Shown here: one piece after another, positions 27,801-40,330 of the stretch
Numbering within the stretch: position 1 is the stretch's first letter
Layout of the letters: each line of letters opens with the position of its first letter
NCBI GenBank assembly: GCA_001643675.2
Contig: LSRY02000024.1
Location: 1,178,001-1,242,000 of the forward strand
Length of the DNA stretch: 64,000 nucleotides
Reading direction: 5' to 3'
Origin: Monocercomonoides exilis PA203
Taxonomy: Eukaryota; Protista; Preaxostyla
The notes under the pieces: model-generated
Told to the model about the DNA's origin: nothing
Seen by the model: the letters and a program-made list of their open reading frames with translations, nothing else
Databases searched by the model: none
Made by a program: the position numbers and the translations under genes

Positions 27801-30800
27801 ACAAAGCTTTCAGAGATGTTGCATGTTCCTCCACAGTCACGTATTTCTGGCTCTTTGATATGCGAAGTGGTTGTTTGGGCTTCTTCACTCAGCGATTCAC
27901 AGATTATCAAGACGACTGCAGGAGATGTGTTAGATGCTCTTCTGTATTCAACATCTGCTCAATCATCATCAGCAGCAACATCGGTTTCTTCTTCTTCTTC
28001 TTCTTCTTCTTCTGCACAAAAGACATTTTTGCCATCTCTGATTGCCTCTCAGCTTATCCTTGCAGAAGGTCTGTTTTCTGTCCGATTTCTGCAGCTGCTG
28101 TCTCTGATGAAGATGACTGGGTTGGAATGCATTGGAGTGTGGAAGGAGTACAACAGCGATGTTTTGAGTGTGGCTGAAGGAATACGAACGATTCGAAGAG
28201 TGTTTCCATCTTGCCCGGAACTCCCGAAATATTCGAGTTATCTTTCATCATTAGCAGCTTCATCAGCATCTTCCTCATCAGCTGTTTCAACAGCTTCATC
28301 ATCAATATCTTCTTCTTCTTCTTCTTCTTCTTCTTCTTTGTCTCTTGTCAAATCACCTGCTCAACAATCATTCAACCAATCATCCTTCATTGGAAGCGAT
28401 GTCAACTTTTCTGCCTTTGGTGCATTTAGTGTTCCTTCATCTCTGTCTTCGCCTTCCTCTCCTTCTTCCTCTTCGTCTTCCTCTTCGTCCCGCTCTTCTG
28501 CTTCCAATTCTCTCTCATACACACAGCTTGTGTCATTGATCCATTGCCTGAAGACAATCCGTGACACATCCACCAAGTCGCATCAGGGTTGGAGCATCTT
28601 CTGCCTTCTCCATCCTCATTTCCTGCTTTCTCTGATGCATCTCATCAATTCACTTCCTTCTCAATGTGTTGAATTTGCAGTTGCTCTTATTTCACAGCTG
28701 CTGCAAACGATGGGGCAAATTGTGATTGTACTGGAGGATAAAGGAAAGGAAGTGAAGGAAAAAGACAATGAAATCAATAAAATGAAAGAGAAAGAGAAAG
28801 AGAAAGAAGCAAAAGCAGACAAAGTGGAAAAGACAGAAGAAGAAGAGTATAAAACAGAGAAAGCAGAAGAAGCATCAAATGATGCATCACAGTCACAATC
28901 AGTGCAGAGTGGAGGATTGTTGCTGCCTCCAAATCTCGCAAACGAAAAAGAGAATACGCCAAATCATCCAACAGAGGAAGATAAAGATTTAACTTCGTCA
29001 GCTGAATCTGAAAAATCATCAACTTCTGAGCAAGCAAAGCCAGTCATGGAAATGCCTTCATTTGTCAGCAGCCATCCTCAGCTGCATTCGCTGCGCTCTC
29101 TTTTGATGCAGACGTCTCCTTCTTCTATGTTTGCGCCGTTCCTACTGTCTGTGCCGTCTTTCCTGACAAACACCATCTGCACTCTGCTTGTCGACGGCAG
29201 CAGCAGTAGCATCCGCTCAGAAGCAGCCAATTTGCTGTCTCTTCTGTGGGATGCGCTGACATTTGAGCCATTTGGGGAGAAGTGGAATGCACTCGACAGA
29301 GAAGTCGAGATCAGATCAAACACTCTCCTCACTTCCACCTTCAAGTTCAGAGCACCTGCTGCTTCTGTTGCCTCTCAGCTGTTTCCATCCTCTGTCACTT
29401 CTTCTGTCCAGACATCGATTTCTCCTCTTCCTCCGCAGTCATCATCTTCTTCTCCTTCTTCCCTGTCTTCTTCGCCTGTTGCATTCTACCCATTCCCTTC
29501 ACCCAGAGCTCAGCTGCTTTCGATGATTGTCTCTCTTTTGTGTGAGTCAACGTCGCTTGGCAGCCATTCGGCGCCTCTCTTTGCGCTTGTCACACGTTTT
29601 GTGAAGGAGACGAGTCAGTTCTTTGGAGACGAGTGGAAGAGGCTGAACGAGGCGAAGAGGAAGATTATGGAGCAGGAGATGAAGGAGAGAATGGAAAGAA
29701 AGAAGGAAAGCATGAAAAATGAACAAATTCCGAGCATCGAAAACAAAAGTGAGAAAGAAGGAGAGAAAGTTGCAGCATCGACATCTTCATCAGCATCTGC
29801 TTCTTCTTCTCCATCTCTTCTTTCTCTTTCACATTCATATTCTCAATCACCATCGATGTTTTCTCTCTCCGCCAAGCAGCACAAGTATCTCATCCACCGC
29901 ACTCTGAGCATCCTCACCTCTCTTGCCATATCTGCCTTCACAAAGCTCTCATCCCATCCAAACACATTCATCTACTCCAATCTGAGGCACTTCCTCTCCA
30001 TCAGCGACCAATCATTCTTCCTCGACAACGACACCTGCTCCATCTGCTCCTCCTCCTCTTCGACTGACAGGCCATTCGCCGTTAAAGCAAAAGACGTGCT
30101 GTCCGATGAGAAGAAGCTGTACACGTCGAACAGGCTGCTGATGAAGTGTGCCTATCCAATCGAAATATCCAAGTTCACATTCAGAATCGTCGAGACACGG
30201 CCAGTCAACCTCGACTACCAGGCAATGGCAAGATTTGGCGTGGCTCCTCCTCAAGTGTCGCAATCATCATCGTCTTCTTCTTCGAATTCTTCGTCTGGCT
30301 ACTCAACATCTCCTCCTTCCTCATCTTCTTCTTCCCCATTCTCTTCTTCACTCGCATCCAAACATTCTCCTTCGAGTTCTCCTTCCGTTGCCACCACTGA
30401 GAACTACAACCAGCTGGTGCTGACGAAGTTTGTGAGGGGGCTGAACTTCTACATCATCCAGAAGCCTCTCACAACTCATCTGTCGCATCTCCGCAACTCC
30501 ACAAAGGAGTGGAAGAAGATGGCAACTGTGCTCCTTCCTGCCAATTCAACTGAATGCAGCATCACTTTCCCATCCACCATCATCGCCTCTGCTGTCATGA
30601 TCGAGTTTTTGGAAGGGCCTTATCTGAATCCTGAGCCACCCGATGCTCTTCCAACAGACCCACCATCGACTGTGCTGTTTGAGAAGCTGAATTGCCCCGT
30701 CTGCCACAACCCCTGTCAGACAAGGAAAGGAGCATGCCCATCCTGCAAAGACAACTGCTACCAGTGCAGGTCGTGCCGGATGATCAACTACGAACAGCCA

Positions 30801-33800
30801 AACTCCATTCTCTGCCCTGACTGCGGGTACTGCCGCTTTATGAAATTCGACTTCAGCTTTTTGATGAGGAAGAGCACTAACCCGATGCCTGTGGAGAATG
30901 AAGAAGAGAGGGCAAAGGCTGTCTCAGAAATAGAGGCACTGAGTGTGGAGAGAGACAAGCTGAGCAAGCAGATGGATGCTGTGAGAAAGAAGATCATTGA
31001 AGCAATGAGTGAATGCGAAGGAGGGCAGACTGCTTCATCGTCTGCATCGTCTTCTGTGCCTGTTTGGAATGCAGATGTGAAGGCGAATGCTGTTTCATCG
31101 AAGGATGCTTCTCTAACATCTTCTGCCTCTTCTGAGAATGCTTCTCTTTCTGATCAGTTTGCACTCTGCAATTTGAAGTCTTCTGTTCTGACAACAACAC
31201 CTGTTGGCTCGTCTTATGTTCTGTCGCCCAATGAAACCTCGTCCAATTCATTGGATGTGTCCCTCTTCACTGAAGGCACCTCTTCAAACAGCACAAAATC
31301 TGCTGATGTTTTGTCTGAGTCTTCGTATCTTTCTGAGTTGTATCGCTCAAACTCTTCTTCCTTCTCCACAACCTCTTCGATCCTTCTCCAGAATCTTCCA
31401 CAAGATTCTATGCTTCGTCCAATGCTGAAATCATCTTCTTCACAATCTTCTTCTTCTTCCTCGATATCGCCTTCATTATCATCTTCACCATCTCCTTCCT
31501 CTTCTTCCTCTTCTTCTTCTTTCTCAGTGTCCATTCCGTCCTCAATCCAAACCAGCCATGTTAATCCTCCGATCATTCGCTTGGCTCATTTGTATTTCAT
31601 CGAAGCAGCTAATCTCTCTCAGCAGCTGTCTTCTGTCACATCTTCACTCAGAATAGCTAAGCAGGCACTTCAAGAATACTTTGCCCAGGTTGATGAGGAA
31701 GAAGAGGATGAGCAAGACGAAAGTTCAAATGGCGATGGAAGGGACAGAGCAAGAGGAAGCGATGGCAGCATTGTAGCACCTTATTCATCTTCTTCTCTGT
31801 CTCATCTTCAATCACATCATCAGCATCCAATGTTCCTTCTTCACTCACGACGCCAGCTGAGCAATCACAACTTGCGCGAGAGTGAAAAGAGAGCTAAGCA
31901 GCCGATATATCCATGTTCTGCCTTCTTCTTGACAAACTTCTTGCTGCTTTCATCTTCACTGCCACCTGATGACACACTCACCCTCATTTCTTCTCTGATG
32001 AATTCTCCTCAGTTCTCTTCTCATCTGCTCACACAGCATCTCATTGCTTCTTCTTCCTCTTCTTCTTCTTCTTCTTCAGGTTCTTCAGGTTCTTCATGCT
32101 GCTATGGCTGCTCATCTGCTTTTGCATTTGCTGCGTTGCGTTCTCTTTCTTTGTGCTTCAATGCACTGAAAGACACAGACATCCTGAAATCGATGGTGAA
32201 CTCTTCATCGTCCTCTCATTCGACGATGCTGATGCCATCTGCCTCTTCTCTTCCTCCTCCGCCTTCTTCATCTTCTTCTTCATCTTCTTCCTCTTCTTCT
32301 GCTCTTTCAGGTGCCTCTCAGCTTGCCCGCTCTCTTTTGACTGCTGGCATCTCCTCCTCTTCGCCTGCGATGCGTGCGCTGTCTGTATCCACACTGTGTT
32401 CTCTTTCATCTGGCTCTTCTTCAGTCACTCTTTCTCTGCTGAGTCATATTCAGCAGAAGGTGATGTTTGTCATTGGCCATTCGAGAGAGATGAGTGTTGC
32501 ACAGACTGTTGGCACAGAAATGGCCTTCCTTGTCGAGTGGTGCAGATCAGTCGACGACCAATTCTGGATGAGCAGGTGTGTTGTCATTGAAGATATGATA
32601 AATTGAATCTTTTGTTTAAAAAGAAAAGGAAAGAAAGAAATATATTTGTAGAAGTTTATTTTTATTTACAGTTTATACATTTGCCACATTTTATTTATTA
32701 TTATTTTTATTTCTTTTTTGATGATTGATATATTCCTTCCATCAGAATATCGCTGTGTTTCCGTCTGATGCTCACAGCCATCCAATTTGATGCCAATTCT
32801 GCTTCTCTTGCTGAATGCATCATTATTCCTTGTCTGACCATTCTGAAAAGTGCATGTCAAATGAAAATGAGAAGGAAGCCAGTGAAAGAAGACAAAGATT
32901 CATTGAAAGAAGAAGAGAAAACAGAAAAGAATGCAAAAACTGGCAAGAAGAGTGAACAAGAACAAGATGGAGAGGCTACTGAAGAATCAAAGGATTTCAC
33001 GCCTTATCCATTTGCTGCTTGGTTCAGTGCAATGAACAACCAAAGACTGGCTCAGCAGTCGCCCTACAAAATGTGGGAAGAGATGTCTCAAGCAAAACAA
33101 GAGAAAAACACGAAATTGGCTGAAGATGAAAACAAAATGCAAAATTCACCTGTGAAAGAGCATTATTCAAGATTGCCTTTGAACGTGAGGTTGAACGTTC
33201 GCCATTATGCTCGTAAATGGCTGGCTATCCACAAACACTTGAAAGTTGCAGATTCTGTTTCAGCTTCTTCAGTCAGTTCTTCCTCATCAGCATCGAATGT
33301 GACAAGTTCTACTCCAACGTCTTCTTCTTCTCTTGTGTCTCCTCCTCTCACTCCTCCTTCATTTGCTGCATCTGATCGCTATCTCTTGTTTTCTCCTCCA
33401 CCCTCTCCGCCTCTAATCAGCCCTTCTGCTTCAATTTCATCAACTTCACCTTCCTCTTCTTCTGCATATTCTTCCTCATCTTCCAATGCTTATCAAAGTT
33501 TGGTGTCTTCATCTGTGTTTGTTACCCCACCAATCTTCCATCCACAATCATGGCTTGCTCTCCTGCTGACATCTTCAGCTTCAACTGCTCTTGTCGAAGA
33601 AGCAATGAAACTTGTGATTCTTCTAACTGAAAACAGCAGCTTCTTACAATACACCTCCATTGAATTCCTGCTGGCATTGCTTCCCAGACTCTCTCCCTCA
33701 ATTAACACGCAAACCTCTTCTTCATCCTCCTCTGAGGGACAAGGGCACACTCAACATGGCATCCACAACCATCCAGTGACACGATATCTCCTCTCGCAGC

Positions 33801-36800
33801 TCAAAGGCAACCAAACTTATTCTCTCTATCTGTCGTCTCGTGGCGCATTCTCCTTCCTCCTGTCGATTATACGAAGAGCGTTGGATGCAGCACTGGAGAT
33901 TGAAAGAGCAAGTGAGAGCGGAGGCAAAGGGAAAGGCGGAAAGAGAGGGAAATTCTCGCATCTTCAAACAATCATGTCAAATTGCTTGGTTGGAAAAGAA
34001 AGGAAAATGGGTGCAGAGGGAATGCTTCATCCAGATGGAACAAAAAGATCAGTTAATCCTTCGTTGTTTGCTTCATCACTTGCTCCAACAACAGTTGCAT
34101 CAGCAGCAGCAGCATCATTGTCATCGTCCATTGCTCCTGCGTTGCATTCCTCCCCACTTTCTTCATCTTCATCTCCATTTTCTTTGAGCGGAAAGTTATC
34201 TTCTTCTTCTTCCTCCTCTCCTTATTCACCTATACAGCCAGCATCTCCTCTGTCTCTAACTGACAGCACTCGCACTGTCATCACTCCTTCCACATTCCTT
34301 AACTTCTATCGCTCTCTTCTTCACAACACAGCTAATCCTGATCCACTTTCACTCCATGCTCTTTCCATGATGAATGTTACATCTTCAGGACTTCTTCTAG
34401 CCTGCTGCCAAATCCTCTCCCACATCCTCAATCCACATAACAGCACATTCGCAATCTGCTCAGAGCGGTTGAGAAAGGACACCCGATTGACGAACTCTCT
34501 TTCAGACGCTGTGTTTGCATCTCGTGCGTTGCTGATGGCGAGGACACCAGAAACAGACGAATGCACACGCATTCTCGACAGACTGGTGGAGGAAACGATA
34601 TTTGGGAAGGTGCATAGCGAAGAAAGCGAGGCAGTGAAGGAAAAGCAAAAGGAGAAAGAAAGAGAACAAGAGAATGAAAGAGCGAGAAATAGCACAAGAC
34701 ATCTCAGAAGAAGCGATGAAGATGAAGAAAGCTACGAAGGAGAAGAGGAGGAGCAGGAATCTGACTACCATGAAGATGAATCCGACTATGTGTCAGAAAA
34801 TGAGGATTATTCAGAAGCACAGTCACCGCAGCCAATTTCTAGTCCTTCATCATCATCCTCATCATCAACATCAACCTCATCTTCGTCTTCTTCTCCAAAG
34901 GAGTCTGAGATGACATCTGCCTCACGAGACCTTCTGATCAGCTCGTGTGTGCGTGCCCTTCGCCATCAGAAGTCAGGGCGCGGGCCGATTGCAGTATTTG
35001 TGCGGATGGCGAATCTTCTGTGCCCAGTGAAAGAGACACCCGCTGTGCCCATCACGCTGCGGAAGAGCCACACACAAGAGGACTTCATTCCCGGCACAAT
35101 GCCACGCGAACCCATCTCGTCGAAGGAACTCGAAGGGGAAGAGGCGAAGATGAGAGCGCGGTTGGATGCGATGTTTGGCGGAGCGAGTGGGAACTTGGAG
35201 AGCGGAGAAGGAGACGACGAAGGAGATGAGGCAGGTGGAGGCGGTGCAGGCGGAAAAAAAAAGACGAAGAGAGCGACGTTTGCAGATGTGAAGGCTCGGA
35301 TTATTCGAGAATGTGGAATGAGTGAGGATCAGCTGCTGGATGAGAACTCTATTGAAATGCTGGTCAAAGGGACAATCATCAAATTGGAGAACGAAGTGCA
35401 AGCAGTCTACGACAAGATCTTCAGACCGACGCTGAAGGAGAACCAGTCAACAACAAATAATAACTCTTTGTCGTATTCCGTTCCAATGCAAATCACATTC
35501 CGTCTCCAAGGCTTGGACGGATTGGCAACTGAGCCAATTGCATCAGATCTGTTTGTGGATGATGAGGACGAGAACGAAGGAGCAGGAAATGGCACATCTG
35601 CATCTGGAGCAGGAGAAGAGGAAGACGATCCAGAGAATCCGGCCTGCTCGCTGCTTCTCTCAATCACAGATGGTGTTGGGCCAACTTCTTCAAAGGAGGC
35701 AATTGAGCAGCTGTCTCAATCAGCTTCATCGCCATCCTCTGTGTCTTCCTCAAAAACAAAGAAAAAGACAGAAAAGGAAATTCAGAGGGAGCAGGATCTC
35801 AACAAAGTGAAATCACTCATTTTGTACATCAAGCAGCAGCTGACAGAACAAGAAAAGGAAGAATTTGATGTGTTTGTGGGATTTGATGGAAAAGAAACGC
35901 AGTTTGGACGGTATCTGCGCTTTGGTGGTGCTTATGTCCCAGACTATGCCACACTTACGATCACTCCTTCTGTTGCTGAGAGAGAGCAGCAAATACTCAG
36001 CCAGCACAAACTGGTCATTCAGCAGCAGCAACAGCAGCAGAAAGAAGCGAAAGATCAAAATCTGCCAAGCGATCGTTTGAGTGATTCATTTGATCCTCTT
36101 CGCACAATTCGCCAAGAATCACAGACACAACAGCAGCCATTTGAAGAAGGAGCAGAACTGAAAGGAGAGCAATCTTCTTCTCATTTGATGATGCCTCGTT
36201 CTTCTTCATTGAGTGCATCGCCTTTGCTTCGCATTGGAGCATTCTATTCCTCACCAGCGTCAAAGACATATTCGCCTGCTGGCTTCATTGGCCATTCCAC
36301 AACCAGCTATGTCGATGCAATCAGTGAGATCTTCCGCTTTCTGAAGACTGTTGTCGACTTTGAAGTGCAAAGCGAGCTGTCGTCGCTTCTTTTCCGTCTG
36401 CTGCGTTTTGGCTGCAAATTGAAGTCTGTTTGCATTCGAGCACTGAGTGTGGATGGTGTTAGTGTTCTTGTGGATCTTCTTGGGAAGGCAATGAAGAAGT
36501 CGAAAAAGGCATACACAGATGCTGCTGAGCAGATTATCTTTATTTTGGGAGCACTTCTTTCTGAACATAGTGAGATTGCCCAAGTGCAAAGAGAAAAAGA
36601 GAAGGAAAAGGAAAAAGAGAAAATCAAAGGGAAAGATAAAGTCAAGCCAAAGGAAAAAGAAAGAGAGACAAATGAGACAGACTCATTTAAACTTGTCTCC
36701 TCTGAAACAGAAGCAGACAGTTCAAATCTGCTTCATCCGCCGTTTATTAATCAGATAAACAAAATGCAATCGCCTTCTTCGCCTTCTTCCTCTCCTTCGC

Positions 36801-39800
36801 AGCAGGCGCCGTCTGTTCAATCATTCAGCACTCATATTTCATCCATTCTTCGTCGACTTGAAGCACCAAGTGTTCGGAAGAATAAGCGCCTTGTTTCTGC
36901 CATTCTGTCCATTCTGCCATTCCTCACAAACGGAGAGGAAGAGCCAATGAACGAATTGATCTCGTTCTTTGAAAAGTCACTCATGTTCCATCGTTTGGAT
37001 TCGATCAATTTGATGTCAGAAAGCGAGGAGAGCTTTTGGGAAGAGAAAGTGTGGAGAGAAAAAGAAGAGAAAGCATCTTCAAAGAAGATAGAAGGTACAA
37101 GCGCAAATGGAGGCTCAACAAACGCAGCAAATATTTCATCTTCTTCGCAGAATTCGAAGTCATCTGATGTCCGACTGCCTTCTTCTGAGGAGCTGCTGTT
37201 TGCTTTCAATGGCTTTGCTCAGCTGTGCATGGCGATGGGAGACGATTTTGTGGGAACGCGTTTGAAGCATCTGATCACAGACAAAGGAATCACAAGGCAG
37301 CTGGTGGAGTATCTGATTGATGCATTGAAGATTCCTGTGGATGAAAATGGATTTGTGAAGAGCGACGAAAAAATTGAAAAAGAAAAGCAAGAGAGCAAAG
37401 CAAAAGGAGAGTCATCTTCTTCTTCAGGAAATGACGAATCCAATTTCATGAGTGCCATCAACAGACCGTCGTTTGTGTTTGTGATGAGGATTTTGGAAGG
37501 AGTGTGCAGAAATGGATTTGAGCCAGCACTGCAAATGATTGTTACGCCTCCTGCACATTCTCGATTTTGCCAGAAAGAAGGAGAAACTGCTGTATCCGTT
37601 AAGTCTGGAGAAGAGCAATATTTGTTAAGCAAGAAAATTGTTTCTAAGCAGCTTGTTTCGTATATCTTGAAGATGACACATACAACATCAGTTGAAAGCC
37701 TTGGTGTGGCTGCAGAAGGAATAATGAAAGCCTTTAAAGATTGCGATAATGATGAATTAGGAAACATCGGGGAAGAAGTTATAGCAGAGGAGAAAGAAAA
37801 GAAGAGAAAACTGGCAGAAAGAAAGAGAATGGAGATGTTGAAACGGATGGGCTTTTCAATGAAAAAACCTGGAGAAGTGGCAGCAAAGAAGGAGGCAGCT
37901 GGAAGCAGCAAAGAATCATCAAGTTCTCAGAATGAGTCATCAACTTCTTCCTCACCATCTTCATCTCTTTCTCCTTCTTCATCTGTTGCGGAGCAAAAAC
38001 CTTCATCTTCATCATCTTCATCATCTACTTTGTCATCTGCGTCTGCCACGTTGAAGTCTTCCATTCTGACTCCTTCTCCATCAAAAGTCATCTCATTCGG
38101 TGGAATGACACTCGAAGAAGAAGACGAAAATGTTTGCTGTCTGATCTGCAGAGAAGGAGTGAAATATCGCCCAGATGAAGTGATGGGAGTGTACATATAC
38201 GTCACACGCACACCTCTGAGCAAAGCAAGCCGTGCTGGAATTACACCATCATCTTCCTCACCATCAGCGTCTCTTTCTCCTTCACTTTCATCATCATCTT
38301 CTTCGTCGTCGTCGTCTTCTTCATCATCTGCAGCAACTAGTTCGTTTATTCCTCAATGTTGCGAAGATAGCGGAATACAAATTTCCACGATCTTTTCTCA
38401 AGTCCACTACAGCTGTCATGAGCAGGCAGCAGAGACAGACACGCACGTTCGGAAGATGCACGACGAATGGGAAGGAGCAATATTGCGCAACAGCAGCGTC
38501 GCCTGCCACGGCATGTTTCCACTTTATTCAAACAAAGCTTTGTCTTCGCTTTCTTCCAGCTCTTCGATGGATGCTATAGAGAATATGCTTGTTCAGGGAG
38601 AGCAGAGTTACAAGATGAGAGTGCGAAGTTTCTGGCAGACTGTTCGTTCGAGAGTTAATCTGCCTTCTTCTGCCTCACTCAGCCAGTTCAGCTCTTCATC
38701 ATCATTCACAATGTCTCCTTCACTTACAAAATGCGGAGAGACACATTGGAAGCTGTTGGTTCATATGATTCAGATCGCTTTGGAGCAGCTGGTTTCGCAA
38801 TGGTGCAAGCAGAATCCACTTCCTGTTGCAACGACTTTGGTTGATCTTCAATCGATTAACGAGCAATTGCTAACACAAGCACAGCAGGCAACATCTTCTC
38901 CATTGACTCCGTCGCCTGCTTCATCGTCATCGACTCCTTCAGCCTCGACTTCTTCTCCTCAGCCATCTCCTGTTTCTGTCTCATCTCTTTCACTTTCGCC
39001 TTCGCCTTCTTCAACTCCTGTTTCGACTTCTCTTTCATCTCCTCAAGCGTCAAGCCACTTGTCTCCATTTGCTTCCTCTCTTTCGTCTTCTGGCAGAACA
39101 CTTTGGACATCTTCGCCTTCTTCGGCTGCATCTTCACATGGCTCAGAGGAAACGAGAGGCAGCAAAGAAGCTCACATCAGAATGCTTCCTCATGTGCTGG
39201 CTATGATTCATCGCGTCCTGTCGTCAACTTCATACATCAATGAACAGAGGCAGTCAACACCATCCAAGTCAAGCTCCTCAAAATCCTCATCTTCCAGCTC
39301 ATCCCAAACTGCACAACCAGTCTCGATTCAAACGAGAGAAGGAGCCGAGGCATATTTGAATGCATATCTGAACATGTCTGATTTGGAGTATGTGAGCAGA
39401 GTTGTGCCTGATTGTGCAGCAGCTGCAAAAGAGGTGGATGACCCGCTGTTCTTTGCTCTGCTGTGTTTGGTGCTTTTGGACTCGAATGAATGGAAACAGG
39501 TACGCTTTATGGTGCTGAGGCGGTTAATATACGATTCTCTCAGAGCAGCTGAAGCTGGGTTTGCTGATGATGATAAAATGAGTGGAGAGTTTTTGCATCT
39601 GGCAAGGAGAATAATGAAAGAGAAAGAAGACTTCGGAAAAAGTCTGAAAATGAACGAAAAAGAGAGTGATGATACTAAAAAGAAAGATGAAAGTGCAGAT
39701 TCCTCACAGACAATCGAAGCGAAGGCGCCATCTGCATTTTCCGCTTTGCGCACTCCAACTTCTTCGAGCAGAAATGCTCACATGTGCTCACCTCTGTTTG

Positions 39801-40330
39801 CCATTCTTCGTCCTTCCCTTCTCACTTTTGCTCTTGTTGATTATTTGGGAACACTTTTGCGGCCATCCAGTTCATCTTCTTCATCTTCTGCTGTTTCTGA
39901 AGCCTCTTCTTCCTCTGCAATTGCTGCAGGGGCATCGGGCTCTCATCCATTTTCTTCTGTTCATTCGCTTTCATCTGCCCCGTTCCTTCAGCAATTTAGC
40001 GTCGCTCACAACACAAATAGTACTTTTGTTGCGCAGATGTTGAAGCATCTGCGAATGGAGAATGTTGATCTTCATTTGGCCATTCAGCAGAAAGTTGACG
40101 AGGAAAAAGAAACTCTTTTAGCAATGAACAGTTTGTCAGACGTTTTGAAGCATTTGGGACTTGAAAATGAGTTTATTCGTCTGGAAAATGAGCGAGTGAA
40201 AGGAGTTGCTCCGAACGAGCAGGAGACAGAAAAGTCAGAGAAAAATAAATTTGATTTGAAGGATAAATCGATTGGATTGTTATGTGACAACTGGATAGAG
40301 TGGGTTTACTCTTCAATTAATCCAAATTAA
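875..40330 (+). CDS. UBR4: E3 ubiquitin ligase UBR4 / BIG / Pushover (calossin) family, giant form; exons 875-1051, 1107-32575, 32746-40330 (39,231 nt, about 13,076 aa)
   Basis: Three ORF-track ORFs join in frame through two GT-AG introns. UBR4/BIG motifs occur in the expected order: UBR-box-like Cys/His (GYFCHTC...VCAQCARCHHGMHDL...FICSDCG); ZZ finger (YFCDVC...RFHCTVCEDYDECESCH); Cys-rich LNCPVC...GACPSCKDNCYQCRSCRMINYE...LCPDCGYCRFMKFDF; FWMSR|ISLCFRL...ECIIIPCLTIL across intron 2; QEDFIPGTM...MQITFRLQGLDGLATE; hemi-RING CLICREG...MGVYIY...VHYSCH...EWEGAILRN...CHGMFPL. Confidence 0.93.
1052..1106 (+). other. Spliceosomal intron 1 of UBR4 (55 nt, phase 0)
   Basis: GAG|GTTTGT...ATTTAG|TCT joins the 875 ORF in frame to the 1122 ORF, whose listed start is GTG. 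Confidence 0.8.
3846..3992 (+). repeat. Coding tandem repeat (TCTTCTTCTTCC)n encoding poly-Ser
   Basis: Near-perfect 12-bp periodicity. The longest of dozens of TCN poly-Ser tracts in the gene. Confidence 0.9.
16914..17203 (+). other. UBR-box-like zinc finger of UBR4, split by low-complexity inserts
   Basis: GYFCHTC, then a ~40-aa Glu/Lys insert, then VVCAQCARCHHGMHDL, then a Ser-rich insert, then FICSDCG. Confidence 0.7.
25581..25757 (+). other. ZZ-type zinc finger within UBR4/BIG
   Basis: YFCDVCSKTLKPSDVRFHCTVCEDYDECESCH...THLSSHRM. Confidence 0.85.
30693..30860 (+). other. UBR4/BIG conserved Cys-rich zinc-binding domain
   Basis: CPVCHNPCQTRKGACPSCKDNCYQCRSCRMINYEQPNSILCPDCGYCRFMKFDFSF, uninterrupted and collinear with the recalled UBR4/BIG motif. 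Confidence 0.9.
32576..32745 (+). other. Spliceosomal intron 2 of UBR4 (170 nt, phase 2)
   Basis: AG|GTGTGT...TTCCATCAG|A, very AT-rich. Splicing restores AGA(R) ATA TCG CTG... in frame with the 32768 ORF and rebuilds a conserved BIG/UBR4 segment. Confidence 0.9.
38135..38524 (+). other. UBR4 hemi-RING / E3_UbLigase_R4 catalytic module
   Basis: CCLICREGVKYRPDEVMGVYIYV...VHYSCHEQA...EWEGAILRNSSVACHGMFPL. The CxxC and HxxC zinc ligands are present, separated by a poly-Ser insert. Confidence 0.88.

Noticed and set aside
1607-40290. Numerous short antisense and alternate-frame ORFs inside UBR4 (poly-E, poly-K/R, poly-L)
   Set aside because: Shadows of the TCN poly-Ser and GAA/AAA tracts; no independent domain signal.
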